A DNA stretch of 64,000 nt from Candidatus Marinacidobacterium sp. (GTDB lineage Bacteria; Acidobacteriota; Vicinamibacteria; Marinacidobacterales; Marinacidobacteraceae). The position numbers and the translations under genes are program-made. The notes beneath the pieces are model-generated. The model worked only from the letters and a program-made list of their open reading frames with translations, was not told the DNA's origin and searched no databases. Shown here piece by piece: positions 32,433 through 40,685 of this stretch. The stretch lies in assembly GCA_965220965.1 (NCBI GenBank), contig OZ244852.1, forward strand, positions 2,560,001 through 2,624,000, given 5' to 3'. The stretch's first letter is position 1, and each line of letters begins with the position of its first letter.

Positions 32433-35306
32433 GTGCATTCATTCGATCAGCGGCTGAGTCGGCAGTTTCTCCTCGCTGCGTTCCGCGCGGCGAACTCGCG
32501 TCCCCGCCTTCGCTCGCAACTGGCCGAGTGGATCCATGAGAGTGAGGTCGACCTCCGCTCCGTCGGCGCGGCGTTCCTGGTGACCGCCTCCGCGAAGAGG
32601 CTCCTCGCCGAGGACGAAGACGAGGGGTTCGCGGGTCACGATCCGCTCTTTCGCCGCCGGTCGCGCCGCGAAGTCCCGCGTCCGGACGCCCGGTTGCGCC
32701 AGTACTTCGCCCGCGTGATTCCCCGCCTCGAGGCCTCGCTTGCGGGACCGGGGCCGGCCCGCACCGGCGCCGCCCGGGCAACGCAGATCCTGGTCAACGC
32801 CTTCCGCCTCAAGGCCCCGTGCGGGACGCTGCTCGACCTCGTCCGGCTCCATTCCGAGCGCGGTTCCGTGGTCTACCAGACCTGGGACCGCGTGAACGAC
32901 GAGTTCCGTGACCAGCTCGCGACGACCGCGGCCCTGCTCGGCATCTCCCGGCGCTCGGTGGAGGCCGCGCTCCGCCGGCTTGACCGGGCGGGCCTGGGCG
33001 ACCCGGAGGACTGGGGCCGCGCCGGCGCCGACCCGGACGACTACCTGAACCGCTGGGTCGAGCGGATCTACAGCCCCCCGGTCACCACCGTCGACGAGCT
33101 TCGAACCCGCCTTGCGCCGCGAGCCGCGCCGCCGCTCCTCGGGCTTCGGGACTTCGAGCACCTCGACGAACGGGATGACGCGCTGAGGCTCCTCAAGGGC
33201 GCGCTCCGCCGCGGCGCCGGGCTCCGGGTGCTGCTCTATGGTCGACCCGGGACCGGCAAGACCGAGTTCGCGAAGACGCTGGCCCATGCCGCGGAGGCGC
33301 GTCTCTACGACATCGGCGGTCCGCTGTCTCGCCGCAGCTACCGCGCGGAGGAAGATCATCACACCCACGATCGTCCTTCGAGGAACCGGAACCGTTTGCG
33401 GTTCGCGGAGGCCCTCCTCCGCAGCGACCCGGGGGCCGTGATCCTCTGCGACGAGGTGGAGGATGTCCTGTCTTCGGAACCAGGGCGAAGGCGTCAGAGC
33501 CACTCGATGCTCGAGGAGTCGAGAGTTCCGGTCCTCTTCACCGGCAACGACCTGAGCCGGTTCGACGAGGCAGTGCTTCGGCGCTTCGATCTCATGATCC
33601 GGTTCCGGCCCCTCAGTCCCCGGCGCCGGAGGTCCGTCGTCCGCCGGATGCTGAGGACCGCCGACCTCCAGGGTGTGGGGGCCGACAGGATTGACGGGCT
33701 CGCCGTCCGTCTCGCGGACGAGCTGGAGTGCCCCCCGGCCATCATCGAGCGCGCGATCCACGCGACCCGGCTCGTGAAGGGTTCCGCAGAGGACCTGTTC
33801 CGGTTCGCCGAGCGGAACGAGCGGGTCCTGTCGCGGCGGACGCCACGGCCCCGGCTCGGGCCGCCGGTCGAGGCGGAGCTGGGCTGGGCCGCCTTCGCCC
33901 ATCTGGGAGAGCCCGCGGAAGACATCCGGCGGGTCCTGACGGCGGCCGTGGCCGCGAGGAAGGAACGTCGTCGCACAACGGCGCCGGTCAGCGCCCTCTT
34001 CCACGGCCCGCCGGGCGGCGGCAAGACGGCGTTCTGCCACGCGCTCGCCGCCGAAGCCGGCGCAACGCTCTACGCGGTCGGGCAGCGCGACCCCGGTGTG
34101 AACCCGCGTCCTTCGGCGCCGCGGTCCGAGGCGCTGGCGCACGCGATGGAGGCGCTCGCCGATGAGCCCGGCGCCGTCCTTCTGTTCGATGAGATCGAGG
34201 ACCTCGTGTTCGACCGCCCGAAGTTCTGGCTGAACTCGCTTCTCGAGGAGTGCCGCGTTCCCCTTCTGATGACGGCGAACGCCACCGAAGCTCTCCGGCG
34301 GCATTTGCCGCACTTCCTCGACCGCGTGACCTGCTCGCTCGAGTTCCGGCACATTCCGCGAAGGCGTCGCGCCTCCATGTTCCGGGATCTGCTGGGTGGA
34401 GACGAGGAGTCGCGTCGCGAAGCCCTGGTCACCCGTCTCGCCGAAGACCGGCGCGTCACCCCGCGCGCCGTTCGGAACGCGGCGCAGGTCGCCTCGCTCA
34501 CCGGACTCGGGATCGTCGCGGCCCGGCGGGCGGTCGAGGCGCACCAGAGCCTTCGGTACGGGCGCTCCGGCGCCCGTTCGAAGCCCGGCGCGGACTACGA
34601 CGTAGCGCTCATCTGCGCCCGACCGGATCTTCGGGCTCTGCGCGACCGGATCCTGGAAGCGGGTTCCGGTCGGCTGGGACTGCTGCTCGACGGCCCGTCG
34701 GGCAGCGGCAAGTCGGTCTTCGCCCGCCAGCTCGCCCTCGAGATGGGTCTCGATCCAGTGGTGAAGCGGGCCTCCGGGCTCCTGAGTTCCTGGGTCGGCG
34801 AGACCGAAAAACGTATCGCGGCAGCGTTCGCCGAGGCCCGGGTGGACGGAGGCTTCCTCATCATCGACGAGGCGGACTCGTTCCTGTTCGACCGCCGCGA
34901 CGCCTCCCGGACCTGGGAGACGAGCATGGTGAACGAGGTGCTCAGCCAGCTCGAGACCCACGACGGCCCCTACGCGTTCACGACGAACCTCGCCGACCGC
35001 CTCGACCCCGCGGTAGCCCGGCGGTTCCTCTTCCGGGCGACGTTCGACTATCTGGACCGTCCGAGGGTCGAGCGCGCCTTCGTCCACTTCTTCGGCGCGG
35101 AGGCGCCGCCCGCAGTGCTCGCGCTCACCCGGCTCGTGCCCGCCGACTTCGCGCTGGTGCGCGAACGCGCAAGCGTCCTCGGCTACCTGGACGACGTCGT
35201 CAGGCTGGAGGAGGAACTCCGCGCGCAGTCCGTTGGCCGCGAGGCCCGGACCCACGCCGGCTTCCGCATCGGAAGTCCGATGCCGGTGGGAGAGCGCCGG
35301 CCATGA
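32433..35306 (+). CDS. AAA+ ATPase with three tandem AAA domains (about 957 aa)
   Basis: Walker A/B pairs GRPGTGKT/LCDE, GPPGGGKT/LFDE and GPSGSGKS/IIDE; pore loop WVGETEK in domain 3; SD GGGAG before GTG 32433. Confidence 0.9.
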   Translation: MHSFDQRLSRQFLLAAFRAANSRPRLRSQLAEWIHESEVDLRSVGAAFLVTASAKRLLAEDEDEGFAGHDPLFRRRSRREVPRPDARLRQYFARVIPRLEASLAGPGPARTGAARATQILVNAFRLKAPCGTLLDLVRLHSERGSVVYQTWDRVNDEFRDQLATTAALLGISRRSVEAALRRLDRAGLGDPEDWGRAGADPDDYLNRWVERIYSPPVTTVDELRTRLAPRAAPPLLGLRDFEHLDERDDALRLLKGALRRGAGLRVLLYGRPGTGKTEFAKTLAHAAEARLYDIGGPLSRRSYRAEEDHHTHDRPSRNRNRLRFAEALLRSDPGAVILCDEVEDVLSSEPGRRRQSHSMLEESRVPVLFTGNDLSRFDEAVLRRFDLMIRFRPLSPRRRRSVVRRMLRTADLQGVGADRIDGLAVRLADELECPPAIIERAIHATRLVKGSAEDLFRFAERNERVLSRRTPRPRLGPPVEAELGWAAFAHLGEPAEDIRRVLTAAVAARKERRRTTAPVSALFHGPPGGGKTAFCHALAAEAGATLYAVGQRDPGVNPRPSAPRSEALAHAMEALADEPGAVLLFDEIEDLVFDRPKFWLNSLLEECRVPLLMTANATEALRRHLPHFLDRVTCSLEFRHIPRRRRASMFRDLLGGDEESRREALVTRLAEDRRVTPRAVRNAAQVASLTGLGIVAARRAVEAHQSLRYGRSGARSKPGADYDVALICARPDLRALRDRILEAGSGRLGLLLDGPSGSGKSVFARQLALEMGLDPVVKRASGLLSSWVGETEKRIAAAFAEARVDGGFLIIDEADSFLFDRRDASRTWETSMVNEVLSQLETHDGPYAFTTNLADRLDPAVARRFLFRATFDYLDRPRVERAFVHFFGAEAPPAVLALTRLVPADFALVRERASVLGYLDDVVRLEEELRAQSVGREARTHAGFRIGSPMPVGERRP
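35140..35255 (+). repeat. copy 1 of a 116-bp imperfect direct repeat (3' end of the AAA gene)
   Basis: Aligns without gaps to 36574-36689, with 17 mismatches by manual count. Confidence 0.88.
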
Positions 35307-36547
35307 AGGCGATGACCAGGGACACGGGGTCCGACTACGGCTTCCTGCACACGATCGCTCCAAGCGACTTCGAGGGCCATCTGACCCGCATCTTCGCCTG
35401 GATCCTGCAGAACACCGGATTCGGCGAGGAGTATCTCGAACGCCTGAGGAAGAGATCCCACAAGGTTCCCGGCCCCACGGGCGAGGCCCCTCGGTGGGAC
35501 ACCGAGGTCTCCTTTCCACGCGAGGGAGGAGAAGCCATTCGCCCGGCGATGGTCTGCCGGTTCCGGAGCGGATACTCCGAATCCGGCGTCATCTTCGCCC
35601 ACACCGTATGCGCCCCTCTCCGCGATGGCCAGATCCAGGAATACCGGGACTCGGCGCCTCCAGAGTTGCAGGGAGCTCCGGTCGTTCTGATCTGTGAGAA
35701 CCCCGGCCAGATGTCCATGGACGTCGATGTGGAGCACTTCTGGTGGGACGTCCACACGTGGCTCGAGGCCTGGCTCCGCTCCAACCGCGCCGGGCTCAGC
35801 CCGGAAGTTGGCTTCGTTGTCCGCGACTTGCTGGAAATGATGGATCGGAGAGGGCTCAGTGAATCATCGTCGGGCATCCCATCGCGCGCTCACTGGACTG
35901 CGCTCTACTCTGCGCGAATCAGCGCCTCCGTCCATAAGCTCCTGCGGCTCGTGGTTCATCAGTGGCGCCTGCCGCACAACGTCGTGGAGGACTGGGGCCG
36001 GATCGGCTTCATGGCGCGCGGCGACTTCGAGCGAACCAGGGGCGCGGTTGAGGACGCTCCGGGAGTCTTCGTCGGGATCCTCCTGCCTTGTCAGGACTGC
36101 TTGACGCCCGAAAGAGAGCTGGAGGCGGTAGTGATGCTGTGGGGTGACGTGCTGTGCGACTGCACCCAGCCATCAGCCTTCCACGCCTTCCGAATCGAAC
36201 TGTTGCGGCGACAAGGAGATCTTCCGGAGGGTTGGAAGATTCAGGAGCCATGGAAGGCGGAGTTGGAACGGCCTTGGCCGCCCAGGGGTCCCAGGCCCTG
36301 GCGGCTGCTGGAACTACGACGTCCTCTCGCGGACGTCCTGTCACGCGTCGAGAGTGGTATCAGGCAGGCGCAGCGCTTCCATGATCAAGCCCGCGAGGTC
36401 GTCCGGGTGGTGGAGGAATGCCTCTCGAGTGCCGGAGGTAGTTGGGACTGGCGGTCAGACGACGAGCCGCCAGAAGTACAGGAGGCCGATGCGGGGTTCT
36501 CGGTCGACGAGTCAGAGGACGAAGAGGAGCCTGATGTGGGGTTTTGA
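35303..36547 (+). CDS. PD-(D/E)XK-fold protein with a degenerate catalytic motif (414 aa)
   Basis: E.HLTRIFAWIL...WDTEV...RPAMV...IFAHTV.APL.DGQIQEY parallels the family pattern RPD...FEHKV..L..GQL..Y; ATGA overlap with the AAA gene; acidic tail ending DVGF. Confidence 0.62.
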   Translation: MKAMTRDTGSDYGFLHTIAPSDFEGHLTRIFAWILQNTGFGEEYLERLRKRSHKVPGPTGEAPRWDTEVSFPREGGEAIRPAMVCRFRSGYSESGVIFAHTVCAPLRDGQIQEYRDSAPPELQGAPVVLICENPGQMSMDVDVEHFWWDVHTWLEAWLRSNRAGLSPEVGFVVRDLLEMMDRRGLSESSSGIPSRAHWTALYSARISASVHKLLRLVVHQWRLPHNVVEDWGRIGFMARGDFERTRGAVEDAPGVFVGILLPCQDCLTPERELEAVVMLWGDVLCDCTQPSAFHAFRIELLRRQGDLPEGWKIQEPWKAELERPWPPRGPRPWRLLELRRPLADVLSRVESGIRQAQRFHDQAREVVRVVEECLSSAGGSWDWRSDDEPPEVQEADAGFSVDESEDEEEPDVGF

Positions 36548-36573
36548 CAGGAATCGGTCAGGCGTTTCGTCCT

Positions 36574-36689
36574 CCGCCGGCCTCGCGCTGGTGCGCGAGC
36601 GCGCCGGCGTCCTCGGCTTGCTGAAGGAGGTCGCCCGGCTGGAAGAGGAGCTCCGCGCGCAGTCCGGCGGCCGCGAGGCCCGGACGCAC
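36574..36689 (+). pseudogene. remnant of a paralogous AAA ATPase C-terminus (repeat copy 2)
   Basis: Encodes ALVRERAGVLGLLKEVARLEEELRAQSGGREARTH, versus ALVRERASVLGYLDDVVRLEEELRAQSVGREARTH in the AAA gene. Confidence 0.8.
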
Positions 36690-36882
36690 CCGGCAACCGA
36701 AAAGGGGCCTGACGGGCGGGCGACCGGGCCAAGAGAACAAAAAAACCGTCGCTAAGAGCAGAATTCGCCCGTTCCTGCGTCGATCGGCGCAATCTGGGCT
36801 CTCCATCCAGTGAACCGGTTCCTCGCGGGGCCGACCACCCAACGAGGGATCCCCCTCACTGCCAAGCCAAGGAGGACATGGC

Positions 36883-37941
36883 ATGACAACCCCGAACATC
36901 TTCAAACACGCGACCTCGGAACTCTCGCAGGACGCGATGATTTGCTGGCTCGTCGACTGTGCGCGCGAGGCCACCGGGAGGCTACGGGAGTGCGGACTGG
37001 CCTTCGTTCAGGCGCTCTTCGACGCGGATGAGCGACGCGTAGTCCCTCCCGACAAGGGTGACGCCACGCCCTATTCGGGACCGGGAGAGGTGACTTCGGT
37101 ATCTTGCCCCAAACGTCAGTACGGGAAGATCGACGTCTATTTCCAGGCCGCCGTCGACGGTCAGACGGTCAGCTTCATCATCGAAGACAAGGTGCACTCC
37201 GGAGAGCACAGCAACCAGCTCGCGCGGTACCTCGAGGTCGTTCGAAGTGACGACGACGTGGAGGCTCTGATCAAGCCCACCTTCTTCAAGACCGGATACA
37301 TCTTCGACGACGAGAAGGACACAGCACGTGGCAACAACTACGCGCTGTTCTCGGGCGAGGATGCCGTCAAGGCGCTTGATCCCTTTACGGAAGTGCATCC
37401 CCTGATCGACCAGTTTGTGGCCCACCTGAAGAAGCACCAGCGAGACCGCGAGTTGGCTCTCGCTAATGCGTGCTTCGGTGATGCTGTGGTTCAGTGGGAG
37501 TTCGCCAAGCGACTCCGGGCAGCTCTTCCCGAAGACCTTCGGGGGGGGGCCGCGCCGAAGTGGACGCAGTGGAACGGAATCGGACGCGGCATCAATCGCG
37601 GCGGCGGGCCGTGGACCCAGTACCCGTTCGCGGGTCACTTCTGCTGGCGGCTGGATTCGCCCAGCTTGCGACTGATGCTCTATCCGAGAGAGGGGCTCAC
37701 ATCGGAGCCGGAGATGAGAGAACGATGGGAGCGTCTGAGCAGCCGCTTTGCCACGCTCGCGGCGGATGGCCGCCTGTCAGTCGTGAAGCTCCGCAAGAGG
37801 CGGACGTACAGGGGGCAGATCGTCAACGAGGGCACGGTCGGGGCGCTCGCGCTTCCCGAGACGGGTCCGTCCGGATGGGGCGCGTTCGTAGACCGGATCG
37901 TGAGCCTCACCGAGCGCCTTCTTAAGGAGGCCGGAGCGTAA
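36883..37941 (+). CDS. PD-(D/E)XK nuclease (PDDEXK_4-like)
   Basis: NIFKHATSELSQDA..CWL, IDVY...IIEDKV and NQLARY; strong SD AAGGAGG. Confidence 0.82.
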   Translation: MTTPNIFKHATSELSQDAMICWLVDCAREATGRLRECGLAFVQALFDADERRVVPPDKGDATPYSGPGEVTSVSCPKRQYGKIDVYFQAAVDGQTVSFIIEDKVHSGEHSNQLARYLEVVRSDDDVEALIKPTFFKTGYIFDDEKDTARGNNYALFSGEDAVKALDPFTEVHPLIDQFVAHLKKHQRDRELALANACFGDAVVQWEFAKRLRAALPEDLRGGAAPKWTQWNGIGRGINRGGGPWTQYPFAGHFCWRLDSPSLRLMLYPREGLTSEPEMRERWERLSSRFATLAADGRLSVVKLRKRRTYRGQIVNEGTVGALALPETGPSGWGAFVDRIVSLTERLLKEAGA

Positions 37942-38130
37942 GTGAACGGCCGGCGCGCTCCGGCGGAAGGTTGCGAGCTACGGGAGTACGATCTCGCGAA
38001 CCGGGTCCCGGAGGAATGCGTTGGCGAGAATCCGTGGACGCCGGACCCGTGACGCAGCAGCCACAGCCCGACACGGGGCTCTGATTCCCGGTCGGGCTGA
38101 CGGAGAGCGCCGGGGTCTGATCCCCCGCGA

Positions 38131-39294
38131 TCAGGCCTCGGCCATCCGGTCGAACAGCGCCTTGTGGGTGTTCACGATGTGGTCCCGGGCGGCGGCGTTG
38201 GGTTCGAGTGACCACTCGCCCTTTTCGCCGGTGCCGCCCAGGATGATCCCGTCGTTTCGCGGCTGCATGCTGACGCCGGTGACGCCCGGAGGAGCGCCCG
38301 GGGCGGTGGTCGAGATGCCGTAGTTCACTTCCGCCTGCGGGACGAGCACGGTGAGCTGGCCCCGGAGCGGCATGAGCTCCGGGTCCTCGAACAGCTCGCC
38401 GGAGCCGAGCCCGGTGCAGTTGAACACGAGCGACTCCGGGAGCGCGGCGATCTCGCGCACATCGCTGAACTTGCGGATGACCAGCTTGCCCCCGTGGTCG
38501 CGGAAGTCCCGGACGAGCGCATCCAGGTAGGTCGCCGGCTCGATCCGGATCCTGGTCCGCCGCACCGCGTATTGCGTCGGGAAGTTGTGCTCGCCCGGAC
38601 CCAGCACGAAGCGGCCTCCACCGCTGAGATGCTCCGGGAGCAGGGGTCCCCGTCCCCGGGTGGGTCGGGGCGGCCGCGGTTCGCGCGGCGCGTCGTCCCG
38701 CAGCGCGTAGTGGTCGAGCCAGGCGATCCCGTATCCCCGGCCGGCGAGCCACTGGAACTCGAGATACGAGATCTCCACCGCCTCGCGGAACTGCGCGTCC
38801 CAGGCTGGCGTCCGTTGCGGATCATCCACCAGCCAGGCCGCCGGGGTGAACCCGGCCCACGCCATGTTGGAGGTCGTGTTTGGGGGCACGTTCGCGGCGT
38901 AGATCGTCACCTCGAAACCGCGCCGCTGGAGCTGACGGGCGGTGGCGAGCCCCACGGCGCCGCTCCCGAGGACCGCCGCCCGGCGGCTCGAATGGTCGAG
39001 CGCCATCTCGGCGGCCATCCGACCGGTCCCCCACGAGAGTGAAATGCCGGCCCCGCCGTGGCCGTAGTTGTGGATCAGCGTCTTGCTGTCGAGCTTGTCG
39101 GCGCGCAGGATGAACCCCGACGGCCGGTGCGGACGGAGTCCGACGGTCGTCCGGATCACCCGGTTCCAGGCCACCCGGACCGGGGCGAAGCGAAGCGCCG
39201 GCCGAGGCTGGATGTCGGCCCGGGTCGAGCACGCGCCGAGGCCGAGCCCCACCAGACCGGCGCTCCCCAGCTTCAACAGGTTCCGTCGTTTCAT
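38131..39294 (-). CDS. FAD-dependent D-amino acid oxidase-like protein with Tat lipoprotein signal
   Basis: GLRPHR and HNYGHGGAGISLSWG precede GSGAVG; NCTGLG and RGQL present; N-terminus MKRRNLLK...LGAC. Confidence 0.88.
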   Translation of the reverse strand: MKRRNLLKLGSAGLVGLGLGACSTRADIQPRPALRFAPVRVAWNRVIRTTVGLRPHRPSGFILRADKLDSKTLIHNYGHGGAGISLSWGTGRMAAEMALDHSSRRAAVLGSGAVGLATARQLQRRGFEVTIYAANVPPNTTSNMAWAGFTPAAWLVDDPQRTPAWDAQFREAVEISYLEFQWLAGRGYGIAWLDHYALRDDAPREPRPPRPTRGRGPLLPEHLSGGGRFVLGPGEHNFPTQYAVRRTRIRIEPATYLDALVRDFRDHGGKLVIRKFSDVREIAALPESLVFNCTGLGSGELFEDPELMPLRGQLTVLVPQAEVNYGISTTAPGAPPGVTGVSMQPRNDGIILGGTGEKGEWSLEPNAAARDHIVNTHKALFDRMAEA

Positions 39295-39374
39295 GCCTCT
39301 CCCCTGGACCCGGGTTGCTCCTGCGCGAACCCGCCGAACCCTATCAGCCGCGAACGCTACCGACGGGGCTCGTC

Positions 39375-39614
39375 TCAGTCGTCGCCCGCACGGCTCCGCC
39401 GGACCTGGCGCAGCACGTCGGCCGCCGGGACTCTGGGCTCGACCGGGGGCAGGGCGGCGAGAGCATCGAGCACTTCGGCCCGGGTCGGACGAGCCAGCGC
39501 CTTCTCGATCCACTGGCGGACGAGGACCGGGACGGAGACCCCTTCCCGCGCAGCCCGCGCCTTCAGGCGAACCACGATCTCCGGAGACACATCTCGAATC
39601 AGCAGGTCTGGCAT
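39375..39614 (-). CDS. FitA-like ribbon-helix-helix antitoxin/DNA-binding protein, orphan
   Basis: MPDLLIRDVSPEIVVRLKARAAREGVSV; no PIN toxin gene downstream. Confidence 0.78.
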   Translation of the reverse strand: MPDLLIRDVSPEIVVRLKARAAREGVSVPVLVRQWIEKALARPTRAEVLDALAALPPVEPRVPAADVLRQVRRSRAGDD

Positions 39615-39692
39615 GGCCGAAGACCTCGCAGGACTTCTCTCGGGATTATGCGTGGTCCAAGCCATGGGGAGCGCGGAAACCGCCTGCTGGTC

Positions 39693-40685
39693 TCACACTT
39701 CGATTCCACATCGGGTAGCCAGCTTGCGGGCGAGCGCCTCAAAGTCCGCCCTGCAGTCGAGGACGGCGTAGGTGTGGGCGCCGAGGGCGCCGTCTGCCGA
39801 GCGAAGGTGGAACATGGGCTTCCTGGCCTCCTGCGCCATGGCCATCAGGCTCCGGTAATGCTTGAGCGTGGCGAGACAGTGTTCGTCCTCTTCATCCCCG
39901 CTGGCGCCCCCGTCCGCCTGTTCGAGCATCTCTGTCCGGTAGACCCCCGGGATCCTGCCGCCCCACCACTCGTAAGCCGCCGCTCGTCCTCCGATGCGCA
40001 CGCCGTGCTCCAGCACGATGTATCCCGCCGGCTCCATGCGCCCCGACGGAAGATCGGAGTCGATGACTCCCGGGGCTTCCCGGACTCGCCTCCGCCATCC
40101 CTTGCGCCAGCTCCCGAGCGTGGGGCCCATGCTGCGCAATGCCTGAAGGGCGACCACGTCGGGGCCAAGCGGGATCACCACGAAGTCCGCCGCGAGCAGT
40201 GCGGCCCGATTGATCGCGCCCAGGTTGGGCCCGACGTCTATCAGAGCGACATGCGCCGCGCGGCCCCGGGCCGCGTTCGCGATGAGTCGGTGGAACCCCG
40301 AGACGGTGCGAAACGCCGCCTCGTTGTGGTCGAGGCACTGGGGCCAGGCGGACGAAAGGTTGTCTTCGAACCGCGACAGGCCCAGGTCTCCGACCAGCAG
40401 ACCGAGCCCCGGCGCGACCTCTTCGACATGAGGCGTCGCCAGGATGTCGCCCGTCCCTCTAAGGATCGGAGACACCCCTCCGAGAATCGTGTCCGGATGG
40501 TCCCCCTCCCGCCAGAGCTCTTCCAGCCGTTCCTCTGCCAGGAACATCGTGGACGCGTTCGCCTGCGGATCCAGGTCGGCTACGACGACCGGTACGTCCA
40601 GTTCGGAGAACATCCATGCCAGGTGGTAGACGAGGGTCGTCTTGCCGACGCCCCCCTTGTTGTTGAAGAAAGCGATCGTCGTCAT
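39693..40685 (-). CDS. ParA/MinD-family ATPase
   Basis: Deviant Walker A FNNKGGVGKTT, DLDPQAN and IDVGPNLG. Confidence 0.9.
   Translation of the reverse strand: MTTIAFFNNKGGVGKTTLVYHLAWMFSELDVPVVVADLDPQANASTMFLAEERLEELWREGDHPDTILGGVSPILRGTGDILATPHVEEVAPGLGLLVGDLGLSRFEDNLSSAWPQCLDHNEAAFRTVSGFHRLIANAARGRAAHVALIDVGPNLGAINRAALLAADFVVIPLGPDVVALQALRSMGPTLGSWRKGWRRRVREAPGVIDSDLPSGRMEPAGYIVLEHGVRIGGRAAAYEWWGGRIPGVYRTEMLEQADGGASGDEEDEHCLATLKHYRSLMAMAQEARKPMFHLRSADGALGAHTYAVLDCRADFEALARKLATRCGIEV

Noticed and set aside
35140-36689. DGR template/variable repeat pair
   Set aside because: Only 7 of 17 mismatches fall at adenines of copy 1 (fewer for copy 2), and there is no reverse transcriptase in the window
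38075-38126. GGGGTCTGATCCCC-like short palindromes between the nuclease and DAAO genes
   Set aside because: Only one or two degenerate copies, too weak to call a REP element
39693-40685. Plasmid or prophage partition locus
   Set aside because: No parB, rep, integrase or phage structural genes, and the context is chromosomal
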